Below are positions 11,201 to 22,455 of a stretch of DNA of 64,000 nucleotides, piece by piece. The position numbers were made by a program, and so were the translations under genes. The DNA comes from Albugo candida (lineage: Eukaryota). Location: assembly GCA_040437565.1 (NCBI GenBank), contig JBDOQK010000026.1, positions 62,001 to 126,000 on the forward strand, given 5' to 3'. A model generated the notes under the pieces. It did not search any database, had not been told where the DNA came from, and saw only the letters and a program-made list of their open reading frames with translations. Position 1 is the stretch's first letter. The number at the start of each line of letters is the position of its first letter.

Positions 11201-14200
11201 CAAGCGCGCATGCGTGTCAAAGACCTCAAAGTGCGTCCTGCAGGGTACTTGNNNNNNNNNNNNNNNNNNNNNNNNNNNNNNNNNNNNNNNNNNNNNNNNN
11301 NNNNNNNNNNNNNNNNNNNNNNNNNNNNNNNNNNNNNNNNNNNNNNNNNNNAATCGTCAGCTTCTCCAAGTGTTTCATGTGTTTCTCACATCGATTCCAC
11401 CATTTGTGAGCCTCGTCATGCTTCATTTTATCATTTCCAGTGTCTTTGCTGTGATCGGAATGCAATTATTCGGTGGCAGATTTCCCGCTTCCTTACGTCA
11501 CGCGAATTTCGATTCATATGGCGACAGTATGCTGACACTATTCAAATGGACGTGTGGAGGGAACGTATGGCATATCTTTTTCACCGCATTAGCTGCCACA
11601 TCGATGCTTCAGGCTTTTGTATTCTTCCTCTCGTACTTTGTCGCCGTCGTATGTCTTCTTCTCAACCTGATGCTCGTCACATTTCTTCGCGGCTTTGCAA
11701 TGAACGACGATGAAAAACGGACGACATTGAGCGATCAATTCCAACAGCGGCTTTTGGAGATGCAACATGTCCATAAATTCGATGAGAAGGAGTTCTTGCA
11801 AGCATTTGAAGCGCTGTATCGTCATGAGATCATGTACGCGACATTGTCGGGGTCTTTGGATTTGAAAAAGGCGAAATACTTCAAAAAGACGCGAGCATTG
11901 ATGCAAGCGCGCATGCGTGTCAAAGACCTCAAAGTGCGTCCTGCAGGGTACTTGGAAACGTGTCGAGCTCCTGGGGTCTTTGATCGTATTGGACATCTAT
12001 TCCAAAGCCAATGGCTCACTTCAGACACGTCGCTGTTTGTATTTCCGCCTCACTCGCGTTTTCGATTGAGATGTAAACGTTTGGAGAAAGAGAGCGATAC
12101 ATTCGTATTCACTGTCATTGTCGTTCGCACAGCGATGCTCACACTGCAGTCGCCGACGTATTCGAACCTCATTCAGGAATTTACGACTTTGGTGGAGATT
12201 TTCTTTGCAAGTGTGTTGCTGTTTGAGTTTTGCATCAAAGTGGTTTCTCGAGGCTTCTTACTGACACCGGGGTCGTATTTGTCCAACACAATGAATCAGC
12301 TGAATGCAGTGGTGTTACTGGCATGCTCGTTGCTTCTTTTATTGCCTCATTCGACGATGGTGACCATTTTCAAGCTGGGAAGAGCATTAGGTCCAATTCG
12401 GGTCTTTTATCGCGTCAAAACATTTCGTGTGATCACAGAAGCACTTTATCAATCGACCAAACAAATTCTTTGCTGTGTGATGCTCACATGTCTCCTCTTT
12501 TACGCGTTCGCAGTCATTGGGATGCAATTGTTTGCCGGGAAATTCGCATTTTGTAATGACGCGAATATCACATCGGCGACCGAGTGTCAAGGCTTTTATC
12601 TCGCGAGTAAGAGCTCGAATGCGACGAGTTCAGGCGCAGTGTTGGTGCCTCGTGTGTGGGGAACCCATGTGGGTCTTTCCTTCGATCATATCGGGTCCGC
12701 GCTTGGTGCTGTGTTGGTGGTTGTGACCAAGACCGGATGGCTTCCAGCGCTGAATCTCGCGATCGATATTGTCGACGATAACGTGGAGCATCTTTCGCCA
12801 CAGCAACAGCATATCGCATCGGCGTATATGGCGGCATTGTTCTTCGTATGTTTGATTCTGTTTACGCGATTTTATTTGGTCAAAGTGTTTGCAGGTGTGA
12901 TCATGAACAATTTCCGATGTTTCAATGGCACGTTGCTGCTGACGAATGCTCAGTTGACGTGGTTGGAGCAGAAGCAGAGTCTGTTGGCGATCAAGCCAAA
13001 GTACCCACTGCCTCGGAATCGTATGCTTCAAAAAGCTCATTTGTGGGTCCAATCTCGACGATTTCGTGTCGCAATGAGTCTTACAATTCTTCTGCATACG
13101 CTGCTGCTTGCATGGTATCGTTCGAGCGGTCCGGGGCTTTGGTTGGGGCATTACGTGTTCTCAGTGATGTACGCGTTGGATGCGATCATGCACGTCATGT
13201 CGATGGGATGGAAAGATTTTCTCTTGAGCGGGTTTACGTGGCGTACGACGAACAGCCTCGCGGCATTTGTGATGCTATTTGGACCGATTTTCTCGTCTTC
13301 ACCGCTGATTCTGATTGTGGGAATGACACGAGCGTTCGATTTTGAATACATATCGCTGGTGTTTGATACCTTTCATCGTCTTCAGCTTTTGTTTGAGACG
13401 CTTTTAGCGAGCACGCGTTTGGTGCTCAAAGTGACGTTATTGTTGGGATACGTTTTGTTCATTTTCGCGACATTTGGAATGCAACTTTTCGCGCTGACGA
13501 AATGGAATTACGGACTTGAGGCGTATTTGAATTTCCTTACATTTCCATCAGCATTTACGGCTTTTGTGAAATTCGCAGCCGGCGAGGATTGGTACGATAC
13601 GCATTTGGCGTGCAGTGTGGGGCTTCCCGGGTGCTCGATATCGTTCCGTGCGTATTCGTCCAACGAAGCTGTCAATACATTGCTATTCAATCAGTTTGTA
13701 TCGAGTGATTGTGGGTCCATTTTCATTTCCACTTGTTTTTATTATCTCTTTTACGTCCTCGTGGTCCTTCTCCTGCAGAATCTCTATGTCGCGACGATGG
13801 TCGATACGTACGTGTCGACATTTGCTGTGACTCTGTCGAGTCAGCAAAGAGTGTTGGGATTCCGTCGTGAGGATCTTACGCAATTTCAGAGCGTTTGGAG
13901 TGAATTGGACACGCAGGCTTTGGGGTATCTCCATCGTCGTCATTTGCCTGTGGTTGTACATCGACTTGGATGGCCATTGGGATTGTCCACACGGGTTCCT
14001 ACGACGTCAATGGATGTCACTGATCCGTTATTGGGTCCATTACCGCATCGATCTGAGCAGGAAGAGGTGAGGCCTCAAGGCCTCGAGCATGAGCTTTCTT
14101 GGAAGCAACGTCGAAATGTCATTGAGGACGTTCAGGGACGCATGACAGAGCTTCTGATGCGATTGAGAGCCACAACGGATCGTAATGGGGCGGAATTTCA

Positions 14201-14540
14201 GTGTCCGAATTCGGTGATTCGCTTCACAGATTTGCTTTTAGTGCTTACGGAACGCATTGTCCCGTTGGAATGTCTTTCGGTGAGAGAAAAAGTCGACGAA
14301 TTGGCAATACGACAATTTGTGGCAAAGTATCGACAGGCAATTCGAATTCAATCGGTTTTTCGAATGTATCGCGTGCGATCGCGGCGGAAATGCTTTGCGG
14401 AGAATAGACGTATGCGATCAAAAGCATTTTCGAGTGATTTTGAAGCGAGTAGGCTTGTGAATGAGACAGAAGAAGTTGGGTGTGGATCGCGAGAGGAGGG
14501 GGATGAGGTAGGGACGAGTAACGGTGTGGATACCGCTTGA
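8207..14540 (+). CDS. Four-repeat voltage-gated (Cav/Nav/NALCN superfamily) cation channel alpha subunit with N-terminal PH-like domain
   Basis: Four 6-TM repeats with S5 motifs (FAILGMYMF, FAVIGMQLFGG, FAVIGMQLFAGKF, FATFGMQLF) and pore loops. C-terminal EF-hand-like FQSVWSELD and IQ motif AIRIQSVFRMYR. The split into several ORFs follows duplications at gaps 10327-10426 and 11252-11351. The start is uncertain (ATG 8207 chosen). Confidence 0.88.
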
Positions 14541-14860
14541 GAAACGACGGGAAATGGGCGAGAAGTATGGCGCATTTTGCGCGGAAATGGATGGAGCGGT
14601 GCTAAGATATAGAAGGGATAAGCCAATCCGAATTGTTTATTTTGAAATACGCTTCTCTGATTGACGGAATTTCATGCGTCATATTTCGTGTTTGCGAGAA
14701 ATTGCTCGCGGCTTTTTGTGAGTAATGACGCACTCTGTAGCACTTTTACGCGTACGACAATTGCATGTGCGGTATGCGACTTGTTCCTCGTTGTAATTAC
14801 TCACCGAATTTGCTGTTAAAACGATTCAAAACGCGTGAAAACAGCCAAAATACACGCACA

Positions 14861-15994
14861 ATGTCGAAGCGGCCTAACGAGGCTATTGGGAGCGTCTATG
14901 AGCGCCCAGTGGACGTCTTTCTGGGCGGATCGTGCAATCCCACGAAATGGCGTAAGGACATTTGCATTCCAATGCTCCAAACGGCTGAAATGAGCTTTTA
15001 CAACCCGCAAGTCGACGAATGGTACGAAGAACTGATTGAGGTCGAAGTACGAGCCAAAGAACGCGCGGAATGGCTTTTCATTGTGATTGAGAATGAGACG
15101 CGATCGATTGTATCGCTTCACGAGGCGATAGAAAGTATTTTGAGTGGCCGTTTGGTTGTTTTAGTGCTTCAATTTCTTCATTTTGGCATCGAATTAGAAG
15201 GACAAATGCTGTCGGAAGACGAGGTCGAGGATTATAATATGGCAAGAAGACGGCTTCAGACATTGGCACAGACGATGGGCGTTCCTTTGTATGAGAATGT
15301 GTACGACGCTGTTCAGTATATCATTCAGAAATGGCGTCAGAAACGGAGATCTTTTTCTATCGGTTTGCATGAGACGTCGAGAAGTTTGAGACGGAATGGA
15401 CACCAACGCATACGCTCCAATTCGTTGTCGTCGGTTGCTCTTTGCAAAGAGATGAATTCCAATGTCCAATTCGATTCCAAAACGCGTCAAAATGCGTGTT
15501 TTGTGATCCAACAGTTCGCTCCTTGTCCGAGTTGGAAATCGGTGCTTTTTGGAGGCGTTAGGAAAGGGACAAAGTGGAGACAGATTGTCCAGTTGCTGCA
15601 AGACGTTGGACTTCCCTTCTCCATGCTTTCGGACGACTGTGGAGCGCGTCAGAGAGGAGAATTGGACATTCGATGGAGAGCTCCATTTTCGATCCAATCG
15701 CTGCAATTGATTTTGTTTGTGATTTCGGGTGTTTCTCGATCGATTGACGCAATGGCGAAAGCGGTTGAATTGGTACATTCCGAATGTGCGTTGATACTCG
15801 TCGTTGAGCAACTACACGAGCGCGAAACGATGGAAAATGGCTCGATTCTCAGCGGAAGAGAATTCAAAGATCTCGTAAGAGCCCGAGCGTATTTGCGTGA
15901 AATGGCACTTCGGAAAGGCATCCACCTCTTTGGATCGGTTCCAGAGGCCATTTCGAGCATTACAGGACGTCCGGAGCATAGACACGTTGGATGA
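14861..15994 (+). CDS. Raw-like protein with two nucleoside 2-deoxyribosyltransferase-like domains
   Basis: VFLGGSCNPTKWRKDICIPML...FYNPQVDEW...FIVIENETRSIVSLHEA matches the Raw/Nuc_deoxyri_tr2 pattern. A second degenerate repeat reads VLFGGVRKGTKWR...LFVISGVSRSIDAMAKA. Alternative upstream ATG at 14765. Confidence 0.8.
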   Translation: MSKRPNEAIGSVYERPVDVFLGGSCNPTKWRKDICIPMLQTAEMSFYNPQVDEWYEELIEVEVRAKERAEWLFIVIENETRSIVSLHEAIESILSGRLVVLVLQFLHFGIELEGQMLSEDEVEDYNMARRRLQTLAQTMGVPLYENVYDAVQYIIQKWRQKRRSFSIGLHETSRSLRRNGHQRIRSNSLSSVALCKEMNSNVQFDSKTRQNACFVIQQFAPCPSWKSVLFGGVRKGTKWRQIVQLLQDVGLPFSMLSDDCGARQRGELDIRWRAPFSIQSLQLILFVISGVSRSIDAMAKAVELVHSECALILVVEQLHERETMENGSILSGREFKDLVRARAYLREMALRKGIHLFGSVPEAISSITGRPEHRHVG

Positions 15995-16072
15995 GATAAA
16001 ATTGTGACAAAAAGTCGAGTTTCTTCATTGGTATTTACGGGAGCCTCACAGACTCTGTGCATGTCCAAACGC

Positions 16073-17905
16073 CTATTTTGTACCCTTCCATGCACTCAAA
16101 TTGGAATACGTGACGAAAATGAACATCAAAATGCCGCTTGTGGCCACAAACATATCCAACATGCGACCAAAATAGGATGTATCTTTGACAAGTTTGAGAT
16201 AAAATAATGGAGGATATATGAAACTCAAAGGTACTATGCATACAAACCACAATCAGCAATTATTAAGATTGCAAGTATATCAATATGGCAAGGGAATACT
16301 TGCACGCACCGCAACAAAAAGCCCCAACGATCGATACGAATAAATCCAAATGCGTTTGCCCGAAATACGCAACACTGATTGTTATGACGACAATCAATGC
16401 ACGCAGCATGTTCTTTGTACGCTTGAGTCCCGATGCTCGTTTGGGAAACCCCATCATTTCTTCTGTGATCTTCACAACCGGAAACAGAAACAAAGGGTAC
16501 GATAAAGCTTGTGCGATCGAATAGCCGAATTGCACAGAGATCGACCATCCATTACGCGGTAGACTCGATGTCACCATAGGCTGTATCCTCTGACCAAATG
16601 CCAAATAATTCAATGACGAGAAAATCGAGTAGAACACCAGTAAGCCTGAGACCGTTCCAACGAGCAAACTCACAAATTGTGCCTGTCTTTCGGGCGATAA
16701 AGAGCTCTGAGTTGGAAGAACGAGTCCAATGCCTTCAAATGTGAATACTGCAGTCCCTATAAAAACCGGATACGATGAAGTGTTAAAGTACTCGACAGGT
16801 TTTGGTCCATCGACAATCAGTACACTCAGACAATTGCCCAAAATGAATGCCAATCCGTACAAAATGAACACATCAGCGATCAGATTACTGATTGAAAAGT
16901 AGCTGATGTATCGAATCCACGATAAAGGAATGTATATGGCCACTTGAGACAGAATCAGAGCTGAAGTTGAGACATTCCATCCGAAATACGCAAACACTTG
17001 TGCCATATTTTTAGCCACAAATATCACATATGTGCAGCAGAAACCCGCTTGCATCAACAGAATCGATATTTGAACCATTCGACGACCCCAATTTCCAAAT
17101 GCTAGGTACCCAATGTGCCCATACGTTCCGCCAACGAGTTCGCGACATTGTAGAAGGCGTACCATTGCGTATAGAGTGAAGGCTGCAATCACTGTGAGGC
17201 AAATTGGGGAGAATAGGATGCCACCGCTTTTGAAACCTTCGGGAAGGAATAAGACCCCAGTGCCCACAAATGACTTTAATAAAGTGAGCAAAGCGTGCGA
17301 TAGAGTCGATGTTTTCCCCGATCGTTCAATGGTACTGGTAGAGGATGTATTGGTTCGTGTCTGGTACGATTTTGTGGCTTGAATCTTGCCAGAGTTTTCC
17401 GTTTCAACGCCATCAATTTCTTCCTCAATATCGAGAAGTCGCGAGGTTTCCGCCAAAGTTGAAGTTGAACTTGATATACGTAAATAATGTGAGTACATGA
17501 TGTTGCATTTAAGGTTGACACGTACATTCGGCCAAATCGACGATGAAGCGGATGATGAAGTTTTGGTGTTTCCAGTAGATTTTCTACTCTCTCCTTAAAT
17601 GTCAGCTCATCATACGAGTCATTGTCCTGCGACAACATGTTGCCGATGAAGGGATCGTACACTTGATCGATTCTAGCCAATATCTGCTGCCGTAATTTCG
17701 ATGAAACAATCGGTGCGGTATCGATAGTGTCCACAGGCTGTGACGTATGCCTTTTAACAGATCGCTGGTGATGACGACGAAATCCACCGGGAACCGCGAG
17801 ATCTAATGCTTTTTGTCCATCGGAAATACGTCCACCGGGGTCCGTATCCCTTCGTGCTGTTATTCCACGTAATGCTTTATGCAAATCCCAAACGTTATCC
17901 GCCAT
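16073..17905 (-). CDS. Amino acid/auxin permease family transporter (AVT3/SLC36-like), 3 exons
   Basis: LTLLKSFVGTGVLFLP, FIGTAVFTFEGIGLVLP and N-terminal VPGGFRRHH. Introns at 17525-17470 and about 16309-16234. The last exon VPLSFIYPPLFYLK ends at TAG 16075-16073. Confidence 0.9.
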
Positions 17906-18171
17906 TCACGCTTTAAAGTAAAGAGGAAAAAAGAATGCAAAGATGCGCAATGTAAAGTCGAAACGGCCCATCCAACAAGTATACGCTATACCTCTATCTC
18001 GTATACTCCATATAACGTGTNNNNNNNNNNNNNNNNNNNNNNNNNNNNNNNNNNNNNNNNNNNNNNNNNNNNNNNNNNNNNNNNNNNNNNNNNNNNNNNN
18101 NNNNNNNNNNNNNNNNNNNNAACGTGTCCCACCTCATCCCTTCTTTCATGTGCCCACCTTAAATTTCCATC

Positions 18172-19938
18172 ATGCCTGTCATCGTATCGTACCCGTCCTC
18201 TTCGGACGAAGAAGAGCAAAAAGAAGCATACACAGCGCTCTCCCTTCCACAATTAGACTCTGCACCGACAGTATCGACCCTCGCCCTTCCTCTTCTCTCC
18301 TCTTTTGACCCTAAATCCAAGCAGTTCACGCGCAATGTTCCTATAGAATCATCCCTCGCGCCAGTTATCGGCCCGGCCTTTGACCTCGCCACAACCGTCA
18401 AAAGACTCAACCAGCAGGAAATGGGATCCGCCAAACAGACGCTAACGGGTGTCATTGAGCCCACGAGCATCGACGACGTCAGTTTTGAAGCGCAGTACCA
18501 CACGTACAATAAGTACAATACCGTCAATCATTCGCGGTTATCGATGCGAATACCGACTCAAATTCCACCGCCGCCGGCTCTATTGGATGACGAGATCGAA
18601 TCTGATTCGATTGTGTCGCTACAAAGAGCGCAGGAGACGTATTTCGCATTGAAAAACAAAAAACACAAAAAAAATACCAATAATCAAATTCAAAAGTACG
18701 GAACAAATGATACAAATGGCATTTGGGCTCCCACTTCCGACGCCGACGGCGTCTTGGGACTGCTGCAAGCGACTACCACACAACAACCACAGCGCACACC
18801 AAAGCCAAAGCGAGTCGCGCCTCCGATTGAAATGGATCCTGACGTCGATTTCGATCGAATGATTGAGAAGAAAATAGCTCATTTGTTACCCGCTCGATTA
18901 CGTCCCGGCCAGGAAGCCATGGAAGGGAAGTCGACTTTCTTGGATGCACACGAGTATGATTATCTTGGTCGATCGTGGATTGAGCCACCGAGGACGCTGA
19001 GACCACAAGCAGAAGGTGAGGTTTTCTTGCCAAAGCGATGTATACACAAATGGCTCGGACATACAAAAGGCGTCCAGGCGATCGAATTTTTCCCAAAGTA
19101 TGGCCATTTGATTTTGTCTGCTGGAATGGATCACACTGTTCGTATTTGGGACGTCTTTAATGAACGGAAATGTAAACGTGTGTATGAGGGTCATGGAGGC
19201 GCCGTTCGTGGAATCAATTTCTCTTCAGATGGCCGACAATTCCTTTCTTGCAGCTTTGATCGATTCATTCATTTGTGGGATACAGAGACCGGGAAAAGTC
19301 TCCATCAATTTACAAATCGACGAGTTCCTTACTGCATCAAATTCCATCCAGAAGAGAATACAAACTTTGTCATTGGCGACTCCAATAATATGATTGTGCA
19401 GTTTGACACGCGATCCGGTGACATCGTTCAGGAGTACAATCATCACTTACAGGCTGTGAATTCCGTGACGTTTGTTGATGAGAATCGAAGGTTTGTGTCC
19501 ACTTCGGACGATAAAAAGATTTTGATTTGGGAATGGGGAATTCCAGTGCCCATCAAATACATCTCGGAGCCTTCCATGCAGTCGATGCCCACGGTCACGT
19601 TGCATCCATCAGGCGATTTCTTTGCGGGTCAATCACTCAACAATCAGATTCACGTGTATAGTGCTCGCGATAAGATCAAATTCTGCCGGAATAAAATCTT
19701 CCGAGGACATAACAACGCCGGATACGCTTGTCAGATCGGATTCTCACCAAATGGACATTATCTTATCTCCGGCGACGCTGATGGAAAATTGTGTTTTTGG
19801 GATTGGAAGAGTGTCAAGTTGTACAAGAAACTTAATGCACATGAACGTGGTCCATGTATCGGAGCTCTTTGGCATCCCATCGAAGCAAGTAAGGTGGCAA
19901 CTTGTGGCTGGGATGGCGCCATTAAATTCTGGGATTGA
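18172..19938 (+). CDS. CDC40: Pre-mRNA processing factor 17 (WD40)
   Basis: YDYLGRSWIEPP, LPKRCIHKWLGHTKGV, IVQEYNHHLQAVN, WEWGIPVPIKYI and C-terminal SKVATCGWDGAIKFWD. Confidence 0.95.
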   Translation: MPVIVSYPSSSDEEEQKEAYTALSLPQLDSAPTVSTLALPLLSSFDPKSKQFTRNVPIESSLAPVIGPAFDLATTVKRLNQQEMGSAKQTLTGVIEPTSIDDVSFEAQYHTYNKYNTVNHSRLSMRIPTQIPPPPALLDDEIESDSIVSLQRAQETYFALKNKKHKKNTNNQIQKYGTNDTNGIWAPTSDADGVLGLLQATTTQQPQRTPKPKRVAPPIEMDPDVDFDRMIEKKIAHLLPARLRPGQEAMEGKSTFLDAHEYDYLGRSWIEPPRTLRPQAEGEVFLPKRCIHKWLGHTKGVQAIEFFPKYGHLILSAGMDHTVRIWDVFNERKCKRVYEGHGGAVRGINFSSDGRQFLSCSFDRFIHLWDTETGKSLHQFTNRRVPYCIKFHPEENTNFVIGDSNNMIVQFDTRSGDIVQEYNHHLQAVNSVTFVDENRRFVSTSDDKKILIWEWGIPVPIKYISEPSMQSMPTVTLHPSGDFFAGQSLNNQIHVYSARDKIKFCRNKIFRGHNNAGYACQIGFSPNGHYLISGDADGKLCFWDWKSVKLYKKLNAHERGPCIGALWHPIEASKVATCGWDGAIKFWD

Positions 19939-19981
19939 TCAAAGGTTTTTATTACGTTCCAATAAACACAATTGCCAGAAA

Positions 19982-22336
19982 TTACACATCCGCGAGCTTG
20001 TTTGAGCGTTTTGACACTGCGTTTTTAATTCCATTCGAATGAGCAGCGGATTTGACGCTTGTTGTGTATTCGTGCAGATCACGACCTCGACGTAATTCCT
20101 CTTCGGTTTCGTCAATTTCCTCCTGTTTTCGTTGTGCAAGCAGCTTCTGGATCGCTTGTTGTCGTTCTTGTGACTTGGCAGCATTCACTTCTTCTAATCG
20201 TTTGCGACGTTCGTATTGTGTTTGCATGTTTTTGTAGAACACTGGAGAAGCTGTATAGTTCAAATATCGTGGCGTGACGCTTGTAAATCTGTTTCTCGAA
20301 GTCGTGAGCCTTGTAGCTGATGTGGATTTTTTTGAGCCAACACATTCTTTGGGGGTGCAATCTTTTACGACGCTTTCGTCTGAAGTGTTTCGCTGCGATT
20401 CCGATTCAATCATTTGCTTCACTCTGCTTTCTACATTAGCGTAACGCCCGTGAGTTTGACGAAGTGAGCGTTCAGTAACCACAGCAGTTCCTTTATAGCC
20501 ATTTGTATCGGCTTTTGGCTCCTTTGCGGGCTTTTTCTTCGAAGTTGATGTGCGCACGCTTTGTTGATCTGTATCCGCACATTGTTTCGAAATATGAGCG
20601 CTTGCTTGTGTGTGTTTATTTGCATTAGATCCGGCTGGAGGCCGATATCCTATTGGGGCTTTTTGAGCTTGTTTGGGTACTTTTGACTTTATTAGAGGGC
20701 GTACTTGCGACTTGGAGGCCTTCGAGCGGCTGTGCGGTGATGGAGTTGTTGATTGAGAGGAGCTTTGGTGTTGTGCGTGAATTCCATTCGCCTCTGTTGA
20801 CGTTTTTTCCGATTTCGAACTTGAAGCTGGAGTGCTTTCTGTAATTATTTCGGATTTTGAGTCTGTATCATGCATTTTTTGTTTCGTACTTGGAGTATCC
20901 TCGGGGCTGTTATTTGTACTGTTATTATTCTGACCAATCATGTGGGCGATTTTATTCGAACTTTGGCGGATGGCTTCTATGCTCACTTGTGCAACATTAC
21001 CTTGTACAATCTTGATGACCATTCCTTCCAACAGCGCTCTAACAGCTTGCTTGTCATGATGCTCGATACATTCCATCGACAGTACATTTGTCTGTTCATG
21101 TACTGTTACCCCATTGCTTAGCCGTAATTCAGTTGTGTGGTCTACTTCGTTCTCCACTTGGTTCGACGGTTGCTCGAATGTATTCTGTAAATCAATAGCT
21201 CTAACGAGCTTCTTTGCATCACTCAGCTCGTTTTGTTGCACTTTGACAGACTGCGACGTCTCTTTCAGATCCAGATCAGTCGTATCAATATCCTCAACTT
21301 GATTAGAGCGTTGCTGGGTATCTCCATCACTCTGCAAAGTCTTCTTCTCAATTTGATGCTCTTTCTGATTATCCACGGTTGTAACCTTCTCTCCACCTTC
21401 ACCAAACGCATGTGCCATAGTCATAACCAACGTGTAAATGTGCACACACTTTTGAAAGCTTTTGTTGCCTTTCTTCCTTCACGCGGGCGATGGCGTTCAA
21501 AATTTAAATCTACGAATTTAATTTTTTAGGTTTAAGTACTCCGAAGACAGGCTTAAGTACGTATATGTATTGCTTCGTTAATGCCTTAACTGCTTGTGTA
21601 AAGATGCGTTTCTTGTTCTCGCTCGCTCAAGTCGCTGCTGTAAGATACAAACTTTCTGAGACGATCTAGTGATATCATGTTGAATTTTTTGATTTTCCAT
21701 CTATCAGACCAGACGATTGTATAGCCGTGCACATCTTATCAGCTTATCAATTGCGCACCTCAAGCTGTTGAATCGTGCTCGCGTCATCGATATGACGTTG
21801 CTGTAACGCGTTGTGACGCTCAAGTAGGCATTGAAATCGCTGATCACCTTCTTGCTTATGCTTTACTCTCTCCAACTCACGCTGCATCGTCAATTCGAAT
21901 TGCTCATTTTCATCTTCTTCCTCCTCGATACTGAATATTCACAAGATTACTCTCGCTGCTACCTGCAAACATCCACTTACACGGCACGTAGTCGCGTCGC
22001 TACATGATCTTGTTGAAGCTGATTACATGAAGTTCGCTTCCGTGCATCCACCAACGCAGATAGAACCGCTTTTCGCTCATCAATTTCCTCCTGCACATTC
22101 TGGAGATCCCGGATCCTTTCGAGATGTTGCGCGATTGTGACGGAATGCTGTGCTTTGACTGTTTTCCGCACGGATTCCAAACACTCGCAACGACATTGCA
22201 TAATTTTATTCTGCTTCCGCAGCAGCTCCGCATCCTCCCGCCTACACCAAAAGTCACACCCATCGCGAATCCTCAGCTTCCATAATCTGTACCGTCGTGC
22301 AACTTTTGCTTCCAATTGAACTATCGTAGCATCCAT
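19982..22336 (-). CDS. Hypothetical coiled-coil, low-complexity protein (multi-exon; 5' structure uncertain)
   Basis: Long S/T/K/Q-rich terminal exon, an intron at about 21560-21510, and upstream coiled-coil exons starting MDATIVQLEAK at 22336. Confidence 0.55.
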
Positions 22337-22455
22337 CGTGTAAAATGCAATTTCCACCCAATCATAATCTCCAAGAAAACCCACTTCTAACCAATCAAAT
22401 TGAACATCTCCCAACTTCAATTTGCAATTGCAAATGTGCAACTTCAACCGCGCGC

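Noticed and set aside
10189-11951. Extra channel repeats, frameshifts or two separate channel genes
   Set aside because: All the breaks coincide with gaps flanked by identical duplicates.
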